A DNA stretch of 64,000 bases from Vicugna vicugna (Eukaryota), in contig MU058584.1 of assembly GCA_013265495.1 (NCBI GenBank), positions 1 through 64,000 on the forward strand. Direction: 5' to 3'. Of the stretch, positions 62,618 through 64,000 are shown piece by piece (within the stretch, counting starts at the first letter, position 1; each line of letters begins with the position of its first letter). A model generated the notes under the pieces. It was not told where the DNA came from and made no database searches. It was given only the letters and a program-made list of their open reading frames with translations. The translations under genes and the position numbers were made by a program.

Positions 62618-63116
62618 TGAAGTTATATATGAGAAAGAGAAAAGCAGACCCTGGCATCCCGGAGCTGGCCTGGTACTATGAGGTAGGTCTTCCTTGGTGT
62701 TGCTCGAGCCAGCCAGGCACGCACAGTTAGGTGTTTTCACTTTCCTGTTGACATCAAAATCAGACAAGGCCACTCTCAGATCATGATCAGACAAAAGCAA
62801 GATCACTCAGTAATCATGTCTGAATACAGACACAACATAAACATCATCCAACCACAAAATACCAAACCTCTATCTGAGCTATAACGACTAATGCTACTTT
62901 TTAAAAGTTCTGGCCAAAAAATACATAAAATTTATCTTCCTAAATACTTTTTTTTTTTAATGGAGGTACCGGGGATTGAACCCAGCACCTCATGCACGCT
63001 AAGCATATGCTTACCTAGATTTCCAGAAATTCTCCACAGTTCATGATTGAGTAATAAACCCAATTTGTTTAACTACAGGTGCGTTCCTGGTGGTCTTTGG
63101 CCAGAGGGCACTGACA
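62618..63116 (+). mobile_element. ERV1-class solo LTR remnant containing a truncated Vic-1-type SINE (62948-63011, minus strand)
   Basis: TG...CA ends and AATAAA near the 3' end; the internal SINE has its B box and tail but lacks its 5' A-box part. Confidence 0.55.
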
Positions 63117-63469
63117 CATAAAAACATGGCATTAATACTTTTAAATATATAGAACAGTATACATAAATAAGGAGTCACATAGCAATAAAAAAAAAATCTA
63201 GGCGAAAAGGAAAAATAGTCACAAGAGAACTACAAATCGCTTCATAAGCTCTGACAAAATGTTTTACTTCAAATGCATATAATTATCCTGCTGATTCAGT
63301 TGGGACCATTATTTCAATTTGGATCCATTTTCTGCTCCTGCAGAAAGTCTAAAAAAGTCTCAACACTAAAAGCCTGAGAAGCCCTGTATTTGGGTATAGT
63401 TTATCCTATACCACCAAGTTGGGAGAGCCGGGTAGAGACACGGGGTAGAGAGAGGCTGTTCTGAATACG

Positions 63470-64000
63470 GCTTAGATCCACCCGCCTGCTGTAACGTCAC
63501 CCTCCACAGTTAAGTCCGCATTCCCGCAGTCGATGTGGTCCTCCAAGGGATCCGAGGCGCAATTCAGGCCGGGTGGGCCCGGAGGAAGGACGTTCTAGCC
63601 GGCCGCCTACTCGATGGTACGGCCCGCAGCAGCCCGACCCCTGGGCGCCGCCATGTTGGAGGCGCAGGGAGGGAGTCATGGCTGCGAACGCTCGAGCTGC
63701 ATACGGAGCCGGGCCAGCTCCGCCGGGGAGATGCTGGAAGTGCGGCCGGGGCTGTTTCTAGGTGGCGCCGCGGCCATCGAGGAGCTGGACCACCTGAGGG
63801 AGGCGGGCATCACGGCCGTGCTGACGGTGGACTCGGAGGAGCCCGACATCAAGGCGAGGGCTGGGTTCGAGGGACTACGGAGTCTCTTCGTGCCAGCGCT
63901 GGACAAACCCGAGACCGACCTGCTCAGCCATCTGGACCGGTGCGTGGCTTTCATCTGCCAGGCCCGCGCCGAGGGCTGCGCGGTGTTGGTGCACTGGTGA
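63470..64000. promoter_or_regulatory. CpG island / DUSP12 promoter and exon 1
   Basis: Abrupt rise in GC and CpG density; perfect Kozak GCCGCCATG at 63647-63655. Confidence 0.85.
63653..63996 (+). CDS. DUSP12: Dual-specificity phosphatase 12 (YVH1 homolog), first coding exon, 3'-partial
   Basis: MLEAQG...MLEVRPGLFLGGAAA...LREAGITAVLTVDSEEP...LFVPALDKPETDLLSHLDRCVAFI.QARAEG.AVLVH. The exon ends CAC TG|gtga, splitting the catalytic Cys codon of the HCxxGxSR motif. Confidence 0.95.

Noticed and set aside
63991..64000. Apparent DUSP12 truncation VHW* replacing the catalytic Cys
   Set aside because: The ORF simply reads into the intron; CAC TG|gtga is a splice donor that splits the Cys codon
1..64000. 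CRISPR arrays, operons or prokaryotic defence systems
   Set aside because: The sequence is clearly mammalian, with spliced genes and LINE/SINE repeats; no regularly spaced repeat-spacer array was seen

Overview
Mammalian genomic DNA, most likely from a camelid (six copies of a Vic-1-type tRNA-derived SINE). It is syntenic with human 1q23.3. Four + strand protein-coding genes follow in order: FCGR2B (exons S2 to C3, 3436-14461; the first exon lies upstream of the window; ITIM VTYSLL), FCRLA (28821/28872-34729), FCRLB (43325-47810, 426 aa) and the first coding exon of DUSP12 (63653-63996) in a CpG island. All splice sites are canonical and the reading frames are intact. The rest is interspersed repeats (L1, L2, MIR, CR1/L3, LTRs, DNA transposons). 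The unusual content is retrotransposition history. (1) A ~3.55 kb decayed processed pseudogene of the Polycomb gene PHC1 sits in sense orientation inside the FCGR2B EC1-EC2 intron, with a target-site duplication (TSD). (2) A short L1 insertion carries a ~100 nt 3' transduction with its own AATAAA and second poly(A) tail. (3) A retroposed precursor tRNA-Asn keeps its leader and trailer between perfect 15-bp TSDs. (4) There is a possible ancient gag-protease remnant. I found no evidence of a wholly new multi-gene system. Gene and repeat identities are from recall of known families, not database searches.
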